64,000 bases of DNA from Selaginella moellendorffii (Eukaryota; Plantae; Lycopodiophyta): positions 5,676,304 to 5,740,303 of the forward strand of contig NW_003314262.1 in the NCBI RefSeq assembly GCF_000143415.4. Direction: 5' to 3'. The stretch's first letter is position 1, and every line of letters starts with the position of its first letter. Below are positions 23,318 through 34,200 of the stretch, piece after piece. Position numbers and translations under genes: made by a program. Below the pieces are notes generated by a model. It did not search any database. It had not been told where the DNA came from and worked only from the letters and a program-made list of their open reading frames with translations.

Positions 23318-26008
23318 ATGGATAGCTCTTCTAAACAGGCTGCTGTTCTTCGCAGTCCCGAGATTTCCAAGGAAGAAAGGAGCTCCTTCAAATCGGCTCT
23401 TCTTGCGGGGCTGAAATCGTGTGGGAGCTCCAAGAATCTTGGCAAGGGGAAGAAGCTCCACGCGGATGCGATCGAGAGGGGCCAGGAATCGGACGTATAC
23501 GTCGCGAATACGCTCATCAACATGTACGCGCAGTGTGGCGCCATGGCCAACGCGAGCAGGCTCTTCGAAGCGATGGCTTATCACACGGTGGTTTCGTGGA
23601 ATGTGTTGCTACTGGGCTATGCTACCAACGGAGAGGAAGAACTCGCGCTGGAGCTCTTTGTAGGAATGAGGCTTGAGGGGCTGCTTCCCGACGCTTTCAC
23701 CTTTGTTGCCGGATTGAAGGCCTGCGCCAAGCTGGGAAAGTCTCGAAGGAATGCTGGTGCTCGATCGAAGCTGGGGTTGATCAAAGGGAGGGCTGTCCAC
23801 TCGCAAGCTGCTAGCAGCGGTCTCGACACAAACATTCTCGTGGCTTCCAACTTGGTGAGTATGTACGCACAGTGTGGAAGTTTGCTTGATGCTCGGCGGA
23901 TTTTTGACAGGATGGAGACTAGTACTCGGCTGCTGGTTTGCTGGAATGTTTTGATGAATGGATACGCGGAGAATCAACCAGAGGTGGCACTGGAGCTTTT
24001 CGGCCGCATGGACTGTGAACCAAACGGGGTGACGTTTTGCGCTGCTCTGAAAGCTTGGACGAGTCTAGCTGCGAAGGAACAAGGAGATTTGCTGGTCGAT
24101 GGAAGGATTGTTAAGGTGGTGGCTTTGGCACAGGGGAAGGCTATCCACGAACGAGCAGCGAACTCCGGTTTTGGATCGGACACTTACGTTGCGAGCGCGT
24201 TGGTGAGTTTCTACGCTAGGTGTGGGAGCGTCGAGGATGCGAAGGAAGTTTTTCGGGGGGGATCAAGTCACACAGGTGTTTGGAACGCTATGGTACGAGC
24301 CTACGTAGAAAATGGACTGGAAGAACAGGCTCTGGAACTCTTCGAACGCATGATACCGCCACCCGACGCTGTGACTTTCTTGGCAGCTCTGAAAGCTTGT
24401 GCGAACTTGGCAACCAGAGACGACGTCGATGACAAGCTCGGTAAAGTTTTGTCACTCGAAAAGGCCAGGGCCATCGACTGCGAATGTGAAAAACAGGGAT
24501 TCGATCGAGATGTTTACATCTCGAGCGCGCTGGTGAATGCTTTTGCGAGATGTGGCAGCATGGTTGATGCCAAGAGAGTTTTCGACAGGTTTCCGGGGAC
24601 TCAAACTCTAGTGACTTGGAACGTACTTCTTCTCGGCTACGCAGAGAACGATGACGAAGAACGGGCTCTAAACTTATTCGCTGGCTTGCTTCGAGACAAC
24701 GAACACAGCACTACAGAAGAACTTACGTTTGTCGCGGTGCTGAAAGCTTGCATAAATCTGGCTCTGAAGGAGGTATGTCCAGAAGGAAGGAAGATCAAAG
24801 CATCGTCACTTTCGAAAGGAAAGTCTGTCCACTCGCAAGCTACGCAGCGTGGATTCGAGAGTGGAACTCTAGTCGGGAACACGCTGATAGATTTTTACAT
24901 GAAGTGCGGCACTCCGGTACGTGCATGGCTCGTCTTCCAGGCGATGGGATCCTCAACAGCAGTGACTTGGACGAGTATGATACTAGGATCCACCGAAAAC
25001 GGGGACGCAGAGTTTGCGCTGGATTTGTTCTTCTCGATGGAGCAGTGCTGTGTTCCCGACGCGCAAGCCATCGTAGCAGCGCTCAAGGCTTGCACTGGCC
25101 TGGCAGCAAGAGAAGAAGGCCGAGTTTTGGAAGGCAAGCTCGTCAAGACTAAGTCTCTGGAGATCGGGAAGGCGATTCACATCAAGGCTGTGGAACTCGG
25201 CCACGAATCAAACAGCTACGTCGCGAGCACGCTGGTGGACATGTACGCAAAGTGTGGAAGCATGGAGAACTCCCACGAGATCTTCTACCGGAGTCAGCAG
25301 CAGCAGCGATCGGTGGTGTCATGGACGGCCCTCATCTTTGGGTACGCGGAGAACGGCGAGGCCGCGCAAGCTCTGGAGGAGTTCTCGCGGATGAGAACGG
25401 TGGAAGCTCTTCGTCCAAACGCTCAAACTCTAGCGACCGCGCTCAGCGCGTGCAGTAGCGCTGTGGCTCTGGAGCTGGGACGAGCCGTCCACGCCGAAGC
25501 CTGCCGATTTGGACACGATTGCGAGAGCATCCTCGCGAACTGCCTCATGGACATGTACTCCAAGTGTGGAGATCTCGCGGCGGCGCAGCGTGTGCTCGAC
25601 TCGACCGAGTTTCCCGACTCGGTGGCATGGAACACGGTCATCGCGGGGTTTAGCCGAGTGGGCGATTGGAAGATGGCGTTTGATCTCTTTGGGGAGATGC
25701 TGGGCCGCGGGATTCCACCCGTCGGCGCTACGTTTGTGTGCCTCCTCACGGCTTGCAGCCACGCCGGGCTCGTCGCCAAGGGAATGGAGTTCTTCCAGGC
25801 AATGCAAACCAAGTATGGGGTGTCTCCACAGATCGAGCACTGGACTTGCCTTGTGGATCTCCTGTGCCGCGCGTACGAGCTGGATCACGCCATTGCGCTC
25901 GCGCGGAGCTTGCCTTGCGGGAAAGCAGACGAGTTCGTGTGGACGACGATCGTTAACGCGTGCAAAATGGCGGGGAAGCATCACAAGTCTAAATATCAAA
26001 ATTTTTAG
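23318..26008 (+). CDS. PLS-class PPR protein with long-loop L-type motifs, partial E domain
   Basis: P-L-S triplets (VSWNVLLLGYA.NG / TFVAGLKAC...GKAIH / LVDMYAKCGS) and EHWTCLVDLLCRA; first ATG at 23318. Confidence 0.92.
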   Translation: MDSSSKQAAVLRSPEISKEERSSFKSALLAGLKSCGSSKNLGKGKKLHADAIERGQESDVYVANTLINMYAQCGAMANASRLFEAMAYHTVVSWNVLLLGYATNGEEELALELFVGMRLEGLLPDAFTFVAGLKACAKLGKSRRNAGARSKLGLIKGRAVHSQAASSGLDTNILVASNLVSMYAQCGSLLDARRIFDRMETSTRLLVCWNVLMNGYAENQPEVALELFGRMDCEPNGVTFCAALKAWTSLAAKEQGDLLVDGRIVKVVALAQGKAIHERAANSGFGSDTYVASALVSFYARCGSVEDAKEVFRGGSSHTGVWNAMVRAYVENGLEEQALELFERMIPPPDAVTFLAALKACANLATRDDVDDKLGKVLSLEKARAIDCECEKQGFDRDVYISSALVNAFARCGSMVDAKRVFDRFPGTQTLVTWNVLLLGYAENDDEERALNLFAGLLRDNEHSTTEELTFVAVLKACINLALKEVCPEGRKIKASSLSKGKSVHSQATQRGFESGTLVGNTLIDFYMKCGTPVRAWLVFQAMGSSTAVTWTSMILGSTENGDAEFALDLFFSMEQCCVPDAQAIVAALKACTGLAAREEGRVLEGKLVKTKSLEIGKAIHIKAVELGHESNSYVASTLVDMYAKCGSMENSHEIFYRSQQQQRSVVSWTALIFGYAENGEAAQALEEFSRMRTVEALRPNAQTLATALSACSSAVALELGRAVHAEACRFGHDCESILANCLMDMYSKCGDLAAAQRVLDSTEFPDSVAWNTVIAGFSRVGDWKMAFDLFGEMLGRGIPPVGATFVCLLTACSHAGLVAKGMEFFQAMQTKYGVSPQIEHWTCLVDLLCRAYELDHAIALARSLPCGKADEFVWTTIVNACKMAGKHHKSKYQNF

Positions 26009-27253
26009 CTCTTCGTCAACTTTGTCCAAGAACCCTAATCTTCTAGCCTGTCTATCTTTCCAGGAGGTTCCTTAAGTGGACTGTAAACAATATAAGGCTA
26101 ACTTCGTCCAAAACCCTAATCAAGGTAGATGAATCGACGGAAGGGTCCGCTGGCGGAAACGATAAGGGCTTGTGTCACCTTGGGCGTTGTGCTATTGTTT
26201 GTAGTAGGTGTCTTCGTGATCTCATGGCTTGCATGGCGCGTCCATCTCCACGAGCCATGGTGCGAGTTCCAGGACGTGAAGGTCTCGTACATCAAGCTCC
26301 CTTCGAACACCACGTCGGGTCTCTTATCCAAGCTCGACTTCCAGTTCCAGTGCCTGAACTCCAAGCACCGCAACTTCGAGAACGTGATAAAGGTCAAGTT
26401 CACAGAATTCGACGTGGGCGTTAGTTACCGCGGGGTGGATCTTACAGGCCAGCAGTTTGACTTTCATAGCTTTGTGCTCCCAAAGAACGGTGTTGTGCCT
26501 GTGAAGCGGAGCGTCATGGTGAATGAGACGAGTCTTCCAATGGAACACTTGGAGCAGCTGAGGGCAGACATTGGATCTGGGAGTGTGCCACTCTCTGCGG
26601 CAATCCATGCCCGTGCTTCCTGGGGGATTAGTCAGGGTACCATGGATGCCAGGGTTTTGTGTGGATTGACTATGGTTCTTCCACAGTTTGGTGACACTAC
26701 CGCAACAAATATCGGTTTTGATGGCCAGGATAAGTGCCCTGTCCTTTTGTCTTACTAGTTATTAGTTTTATGTGATTTATCCAGTATAGCTAGAAACGAG
26801 TTAATTTCCTTTTACTAACTACAAGAACGCTTTGTCTAACTATAAGCTTTTTTTGTAAATCACACGAAGAAATATTTATACATGGAGGATTGCCTGGACG
26901 AGCATTTCTGCCTCGAGTGTAACACAGCAGAGTTGTCTCTCCCATGAAAACGCCACCTCTTCCGTGAGCATTATCTCCACGAGTTCATCCGCAGCTTGAT
27001 CTTCGAGCAGCGTTCCATCTTCATTGATCCTGAGCGCTTGCAGCCATGCTGGACTGATCGACAAAGGGAAGCATTTCTTCAGTGTTTCTCTATGCAGGAG
27101 GAAAAGGTGGCGTTTCCATGGGAGAAAGGTGACATTCTTCTGGTGGGTAATTCTGCTGTGTTATACTCGAGGTTTAGCACTACTCGTGCATACGGTCGTA
27201 CGAATCAGTTGAATGATGCAGTGGCACTGGTGAGGAACATGCTATTCGAACCA
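25161..27253 (+). repeat. Segmental duplication, unit A (PPR 3' end + LEA_2 gene + CAS/PPR chimera)
   Basis: Near-identical in order and sequence to 32419-34498. Confidence 0.9.
26129..26758 (+). CDS. LEA_2 / NDR1-HIN1-like membrane protein, copy 1
   Basis: N-terminal TM helix followed by a beta-rich domain (FQFQCLNS..KVKFTEFDVGVSYRG..LRADIGSGSVPL..C.L). Confidence 0.8.
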   Translation: MNRRKGPLAETIRACVTLGVVLLFVVGVFVISWLAWRVHLHEPWCEFQDVKVSYIKLPSNTTSGLLSKLDFQFQCLNSKHRNFENVIKVKFTEFDVGVSYRGVDLTGQQFDFHSFVLPKNGVVPVKRSVMVNETSLPMEHLEQLRADIGSGSVPLSAAIHARASWGISQGTMDARVLCGLTMVLPQFGDTTATNIGFDGQDKCPVLLSY

Positions 27254-27260
27254 AATCATG
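26880..27260. pseudogene. Chimeric fragment: CAS-like 3' exon (-), PPR E-region (+), and an inserted CAS-like piece (+)
   Basis: 26880-27024 encodes EDGTLLEDQAADELVEIML.EEVAF on the - strand, followed by ILSACSHAGLIDKGKHFF (PPR), EEKVAFPWEKGDILLV (27097-27172, +) and YGRTNQLNDAVALVRNMLFEP (PPR). Confidence 0.85.
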
Positions 27261-28943
27261 TGATATGTAGTGGTACTCACTTGCTCATGGTACTAGATAT
27301 TACCTAGCATATGCTGCACAGTTAGCATATATTAAAAACTAAATTGGAATAGTACCAAAATAATATTGATAATATAAATATTTAGAACAAAATATATTCC
27401 TTAAATAAGAATAAATATTCATTAATAAAATTATTACATAAAAATTATTATTTGGAAATACGAATATATTTTAAAAATATCTAACCCAGAAAAAATTAAA
27501 AATGAATTTTCTATTATTAATAATATGTTATATGTAAATTTAATTACTTAGAATATAAAACAATAAGTTTTTAAGTATTACTACCTAGATCCAGTCAAGA
27601 AGATAATACTTTTTTAAATATATATGTTATAAAAACTATAAATTCAAATCTTATATTCCATAGTATTATGTACTAATAAACTATATTGCAGTTAGGAAAA
27701 AGAATTTAAAATATTAATTTTTAATAAAATACTGGCATATATTATTTTAGTTTTTTGGATAATGAGTTAGATTGTAAATAGCTAAGGCTACATATAAAAA
27801 TATAATATATACTCTTATTGTTAAATTTATTATCATATTTTTCTATTAACACTTGAAACTTTGTTACACATTGATAAAACTAAGTCAACTCACATTTGAT
27901 ATACCATCACATGGTTTTAGGTTTTATATGTTTTAGTGATATTTAGACAGGCTATCTCTACAAAATATAAATTTCTTATTATTTTTGTAAATACTGTTAA
28001 ACTAAATTATAAAAGTTAATTTTGACCTAAAATATTCAAAGATTATAATAATTTATAAAACAGAATAAGGATTATTTTATTTATAAATCATTAAAAATAA
28101 AGTTATTCACATAAAAAAATCACTCTTTTGAGGTAACCCATTAAACAGAATTCAAATTTTTGCCAGTTTTGGATTTTGATATGGTGATGCCACCAAAGAC
28201 ATACATAATCTATCACCTCATAGGTACAACTTGTCATTGGTTAAATTAGCAAGAGCATTGTGTATTATAACCCAAAATCTTTTAATACCACACTTCCATC
28301 ACTATGGCAACACAATTAGCAAGAGATAAAACCTACTATTAGAGTTTGGCCACTACCCAATATCCTTCTCTACATCCATGAATTCACTTGGTAAAGAAAG
28401 TAAAAATCTTACCATCCTGATGACTATGCAGATCTGCCACAATGAGAAGTATGTGAGCTGGCCCCTCCTCTGGTGCCAAGAAACTACATGCCATGCCAAG
28501 CAATTCTTCAATGTGATGCCTAACATAATCCTCCCAGCATTGGGCACAACAATAAGCCTAAGAAATATCACAAAGAATGTTATTATCCAAGCATAAACTC
28601 AAGCTAAGACTAATTGTCATAGTTACTATTGCAAATTTTGACTTATTCACTTTTGCATTCTCTAGAGCTTGTGCCACCACCTAAAGAACATATAAAAACT
28701 CTCAAACTTCCATTGAAAGGAGAATAGCTTACTTTATTGATTGCTTGTTGTGGTTTAGATATGTTGCTAGAGGCATCACACCACTATATTATCGAAACAG
28801 CTTTGCCTTGAATCCAAATAAACAAAACAAAATGGAATAAAAATGAAGAAGAGAGAAAAAAAAACATATCTACCATCTCAGTGACTCTCTCAAAATCTTT
28901 CCATCATTAGTGACCTGATAAGAAGTTTGAGAAAATGCAATCT

Positions 28944-28956
28944 CACTACAAGAAAA
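28944..28956 (+). mobile_element. Solitary CACTA (En/Spm) terminal inverted repeat
   Basis: CACTACAAGAAAA, the classic En/Spm terminus; no matching opposite end found in the window. Confidence 0.45.
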
Positions 28957-30188
28957 TTCATTTACAACAGCGGCTCTAGTGGCGTCACAAATTCCCAAAA
29001 TAGGCAATAGATCAACAGCCACAACGAGAAAAAAAGGGTGTTGTGCAGGAAGTTGTGCATTTGCAATGAATGTGAGGCACCATTGCTAGGGATTGGCAAG
29101 ATCATGTGCCATCACTCACAAAACTTGAAATCGAGGGAAAGAGATCAAATATGATCTTGAATCACAATATGAAGCTGTCAATAGTTAAACCTACTATCAT
29201 TGCAAACACTCTCCACTAAACCTTAAAACTTACCCTCTTGATTTTAGAGGGTTTCCATAGCAAAAAGTTGAGTGTCAATGCCAGTAAGCACTTTGTATGT
29301 GACATGTGTTGCAATAGGCAATTGGCCGCCTCCCATTGGCTGAAAGCAAACATTAACACAAATATTTGCTAAGATATGGTTAAAGAAATAACCCTTTTAC
29401 AGTTACCCCCTATCAGACGACTGCCATTGGCTGGATCCAGCAACCTAGAAAGTTAAATATAATGTGAATCATCACAAATCAACCAACCATCAAACTTCAA
29501 CTAGCCAGTAGTTCATCTCTAGATTGATGTTTAGATATGGAATGCATTTGCAAAATGAAAAGAAAGACTAAGTGAAGCTTGCAAAAAGTATTGAACTTGA
29601 TCTACTTCCATGGATTAGGAGTATATTTCACTTCCATGCAAGCTTTAAGTCCTTGTTTTAAATATTTTGGAGGTTGGTAATGAAAGTTCCAAGTCTCGAA
29701 GAAGAAATAAGCAAATATTGTCCAAACTAGAAGAGTAGCACTACCATTGCCCATTTGTTTGCAAAAGCCTAGATTTTTTCCTGTGTTAACATACTCATAG
29801 AGCTTGCAATTGAATTTTCTCCACTTTTCTTGTTGATCCGTAGCAAGATCTAGTAAAAGAGAGCCTAGTAATTTTTCAAGTGAGCATTATAGAGTTTCGA
29901 TAAAAGTTCCACCAATTTCAATATTGCCAGAGACGCTATAATGGGGTCTTTACCAATAAAAGTTGGATCTTTGAAACGACCATCGAAGGAAGAACTCACC
30001 GCTAGCACAAGCATTGCCCAATCCCAGCTCCAAAAGGGAATGCTCAAAGTCATTTATTTTATTAAATTCTCATACATACTTTGTAGGTATCCAAACTTTT
30101 TTCTTTAGACTTGGAGTTGTGAATTTTTTTTTCTCTTGGTTTTTTTTTTTTTGTCTTTTTTATTTATATAAGAGCATTTAAATTCTAC

Positions 30189-30260
30189 TGTAAACTCCTA
30201 AATTTGGACTTCCTAAGAGGTCATCCAACCCAGTACTATTCAAACCCAATGACACTTAAT
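30189..30260 (-). mobile_element. Older, truncated copy of the 5S-containing LTR (inverted orientation)
   Basis: The reverse complement reads ATTAAGTGTCATTGGGTTTGAATAGTACTGGGTTGGATGACCTCTTAGGAAGTCCAAATTTAGGAGTTTACA, homologous to 30523-30594 and ending in CA. Confidence 0.85.
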
Positions 30261-32414
30261 TGTAGCGCACGTGGTTTTGACCCTTTATCCTATAATGATT
30301 TACCATAGAATAACACCATGAAGCGGAACCTAAACCCTCTTTATGCCATGTGACACATGCCACGTGTCATATGCCACGTGTCCAAAGGACAATGGTGTGT
30401 GTAAGCAACCAAAGGGAACGACTTAAGAGATGATCCATAGGGGTTCAAATATAGAGGGAAAGGGCCCATGAATAAGAGTGCACTTCCTTTTCCAATCGGT
30501 TAAGGGTCTTAGGATATTTGGGGTTAAGCGTCCTTGGGTTTGAATAGTACTGGGTTGGGTGACCTCCTGGGAAGTCCAAACTTAGGAGCTTATATTTGGT
30601 ATCAAAGAGGTCTCGGGTCCGACTCTGTTGGTTGGCTAAGGGAATCGCACCACATGTTGATTGACATCTGGCTGGTCCAGTTTGCTCTCGCTGGGCTCGA
30701 CCCGAGGGGTAGGGTGTCAAGAGAGCGGGGCTCTCGGGAGAGCTGCGGCTCTCAGCTTCCGTTCATGAGGGTGTGAACTTGCAGGAAAGCGTGGTGGGTC
30801 TTGGGATATTTGGGGTTAAGCGTCCTTGGGTTTGAATAGTACTGGGCTGGGTGACCTCCCGGGAAGTCCAAACTTAGGAGCTTATAGTGTGGAACGAGGT
30901 TCAAGGCCTTGGGTCACTGAATGAAGGAACAGTGCCAAACTCCCAAGCATGGAGCCCAAAGAGCAATGGCAATGGAGCACGAAACGACTCCTGAGCATAC
31001 AGCCCAAGGAACGAAGGGACAGGAGCCCGGAGCGACTTAGAACAGTGCTAGAGCAACCAACATCCTAATGCTAGGACTAACATGCAAAATGGAGCCAAAT
31101 AGAGTCAGACATTATTTCGGCATACCAGTGGCTTAACGTGAAGATATGGGTACTCCACTAGCTAGCATGGAATGGAATGGCTTAACGCGAGGATATGGGT
31201 ACTCCACTAGCTAGCATGGAATGGAACTTGGGCTTAGACCCAAGCCGAATGCAAAACAAGGACAGGCACGCAAGCGGGAGCTAGACTATCCCATAGTAAA
31301 CCTCCCATAGTATCAAGAGTTAGTCTCTGGGACAAACTCAAAACTTACTAAATATGGAATGGCCTTAGATTGCAAATTTGGACATGGGATGAACACCATT
31401 ATGTTCAAGCCGATCTTTAGATATGCCAAATGAGAAAATCTAGACACTTTCCATAAATAACATTTGGGACCGAAATGAAACTAGCACAAAGGGCATAATA
31501 ACAAAGGTGTTTGGTAGACATAGTAAGCTATCATCCGGCGATATTGAGGGATTAGTCTCAATATGTGAGGGTTCTTGCTAAACCAATGCAAAACAGAGCA
31601 AAAAAGAACTAAAAGCTAGGCTAAGAATGCTTAACTAGAAACACATAGGAGTTCCTACCTTATGTCCATCTGGCTAAGTACAGATGCTAAGCCCAGTTTA
31701 CTAACACTTGGACAAGAGGGGCTAATGATGGAAACCAGCAGTACCAACCTCCTGCCGTCATGGCAGTAAGAAAAGAGTGTCTGTAAGGAATGGCCGACAA
31801 GTATCTTTTAATACCCGAAGTCACATTCACGACACTCTCCCCCTAGGGAAAATCAACGTCCCGTCGATGCATACTCGAGTCTAAACCACTGCCAAGGAAA
31901 CAACTCCAGAAAAAGTTCATAGTGATCACACTATGTGAGAAATGCATGGACTTAAATGAGTTAGGAGGCAACCTCTTTGTCTAACGCGGATGCGCTACTA
32001 GCTCAGACACCTTCTGGCCGTCGCTGACAAGGAAACGTTAGCCACCCTTGCTGCTCTGGGTATCATTCAACTTACAAAAGTGTGATATGCCCTTACCCGC
32101 AAGGACATAGAGAGAAAAGCTAGAGGCCCCAACCCTCATGAGCAAAGAAACCAAACCCGTCAGTAAAGTTTACATAGACTACTATAAATAGGTAGTTAGA
32201 GTTATTTACACAGTCATGCCCTTTCAACAGAATAAGGAACATCGACAGAGAGGTAGGTGATGTGACCAGTCGACAGTAGCTACCCCATGACTGGAGATTT
32301 CACCATGCACATGAAGTGCCGAAGCTAGTCTGCCTATACTGGCCCAAAGTCAAAGATCAATAGATGGATATTATCAAAGTTATAGACAATGATATCTTAG
32401 AGACTTAATTATCA
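30261..32414 (-). mobile_element. 3' LTR (31834-30261) and adjacent internal region of a larger LTR retroelement
   Basis: On the - strand, PPT AGGGGGAGAG (31844-31835) is followed directly by TGTCGTG. The putative LTR ends ..GCGCTACA at 30261 and contains a 49-bp tandem repeat (31129-31226) and the nested 5S element. Confidence 0.65.
30400..30886 (+). mobile_element. Cassandra-like LTR element with a 5S rRNA-derived internal promoter in both LTRs
   Basis: 5-bp TSD GTGTG (30395-30399 and 30887-30891); 5' LTR TGTAAG..CTTATA (30400-30594); PBS TGGTATCA at 30597 (tRNA-iMet type); 3' LTR remnant 30796-30886 with 3 mismatches to 30504-30594; 5S-like 55-mers at 30523-30577 and 30815-30869. Confidence 0.88.
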
Positions 32415-32418
32415 GTGA

Positions 32419-32888
32419 AGATCGGGAAGCCAATTCACATCAAGGCTGTGGAACTTGGCCACGAGTCAAAGAGCTATGTCGCGAGCACGCTGGTGGACAT
32501 GTATGCAAAGTGTGGAAGCATGGAGAACTCCTGCGAGATCTTCAGCAGCAGTGATTGGTGGTGTCATGGATGGCCCTCATCTTTGGGTACGCAGAGAACG
32601 GCGAGGCTGGGCAAGCTCTGGAGGAGTTCTCGTGGATGAGAACGGTGGAAGCTCTTCGTCCAAACGCTCAAACTCTAGACAATGCAAACCAAGTATGAGG
32701 TGTCTCCACAGATTGAGCACTGGACTTGCCTTGTGGATCTCCTGTGCCACGCGTACGAGCTGGATCACACCATTGCGCTTGCGTGGAGCTTGCCTTGCGG
32801 GAAAGCAGACAAGTTCGTGTGGACGACGATCGTCATCGCGTGCAAAATGGCGGGGGAGCATCACAAGTCTAAATATCAAAATTTTTAG
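32419..32888 (+). pseudogene. Truncated, internally deleted copy of the 3' end of the PPR at 23318-26008
   Basis: IGKPIHIKAVELGHES..LVDMYAKCGS, then a frameshift and a deletion of about 365 bp (AACTCTAG joined to ACAATGCAAACC), ending HHKSKYQNF*. Confidence 0.9.
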
Positions 32889-32919
32889 CTCTTCGTCAAC
32901 TTTGCTAATCTTCTATCAT

Positions 32920-33406
32920 AGATGGTACATGTGTCTTCTTGGGCGTTGTGCAGTGGGCTTGCCTTGGGGTGAGTTGGTACACGAGTTTGCAAGAGCCATG
33001 GTGCCGTGAAGGTGTTGTACATCAGGCTCCCTTCAAACTCCAGTCAGGGACTGATGTCCAAGCTCGACTTCCAGTTCCAGTGCCTGAATTCCAAGTGCAT
33101 CTCGCCGGCGAAGAGTTCTTCTTCCACACTTTTGTGCTTCCCAAGAACGGCGTTGTGAAGCAGAGCATTCAGGTGAACACGACTAATCTTCCAGTGGGAG
33201 AATTCGAGGCGGATGTCGGATCGGGAAAAGTCCCACTCTCGGCAGCGATTCACGTTCGTGCTCACTGGATGTCGAATGGTTACAATCAGGGTACGACGGA
33301 GGCCAAGCTTGTTTGCGACTTGAGCATGGTTCTCCCACAGTATGGGAATAGCCATGCAAGTGATTGGTCAGCCTGTCTATCTCAGACTGTAAACACTTCT
33401 ATATAA
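32920..33406 (+). pseudogene. Divergent, frameshifted LEA_2 paralogue
   Basis: FHTFVLPKNGVV..DVGSGKVPLSAAIHVRAHW..LVCDLSMVLPQYG; the N-terminal half is out of frame or deleted. Confidence 0.75.
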
Positions 33407-33440
33407 GTCTAAACTTCGTCCAAAACCCTAATCAAGGTAG

Positions 33441-34091
33441 ATGAATCGATGGAAGAGGGCCTGGCTGGGTCCGCTGGCGGAAACGATAGGGGCTTGTCTC
33501 GCCTTGGGCGTTGTGTTATTGTTTGTAGCGGGTGTCTTCGTGATCTCATGGCTCGCATGGCGCGTCCATCTCCACGAGCCATGGTGCGAGTTCCAGGACG
33601 TGAAGGTCTCGTACATCAAGCTCCCTTCGAACACCACGTCGGGTCTCTTATCCAAGCTCGACTTCCAGTTCCAGTGCCTGAACTCCAAGCACCGCAACTT
33701 CGAGAACGTGATAAAGGTCAAGTTCACAGAATTCGACGTGGGCGTTAGTTACCGCGGGGTGGATCTTACAGGCCAGCAGTTTGACTTTCATAGCTTTGTG
33801 CTCCCAAAGAACGGTGTTGTGCCTGTGAAGCGGAGCGTCATGGTGAATGAGACGAGTCTTCCAATGGAACACTTGGAGCAGCTGAGGGCAGACATTGGAT
33901 CTGGGAGTGTGCCACTCTCTGCGGCAATCCACGCCCGTGCTCACTGGTTATCGTGGGGGATTAGTCAGGGTACAATGGATGCCAGGGTTTTGTGTGGATT
34001 GACTATGGTTCTTCCACAGTTTGGTGACACTACTGCAACGAATATCGGTTTTGATGGCCAGGATAAGTGCCCTGTCCTTTTGTCCCACTAG
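33441..34091 (+). CDS. LEA_2 / NDR1-HIN1-like membrane protein, copy 2
   Basis: Nearly identical to 26129-26758 and retains two short in-frame segments absent from copy 1. Confidence 0.8.
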   Translation: MNRWKRAWLGPLAETIGACLALGVVLLFVAGVFVISWLAWRVHLHEPWCEFQDVKVSYIKLPSNTTSGLLSKLDFQFQCLNSKHRNFENVIKVKFTEFDVGVSYRGVDLTGQQFDFHSFVLPKNGVVPVKRSVMVNETSLPMEHLEQLRADIGSGSVPLSAAIHARAHWLSWGISQGTMDARVLCGLTMVLPQFGDTTATNIGFDGQDKCPVLLSH

Positions 34092-34200
34092 TTAGTAGTT
34101 TTATGTGATTTATGTATAGTTAGAAACGAGTTAATTTCCTTTTACTAACTACAAGAAAGCTTTGTCTAACTAAAAGCTTTTTTCACCATACATGGAGGAT

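Noticed and set aside
28150-28600. Faint reverse-transcriptase-like remnants on the - strand
   Set aside because: Too degenerate to support without a search.
30523-30577. 5S rRNA gene
   Set aside because: Only the ~55-nt internal control region is present, embedded in LTR sequence without 5S ends.
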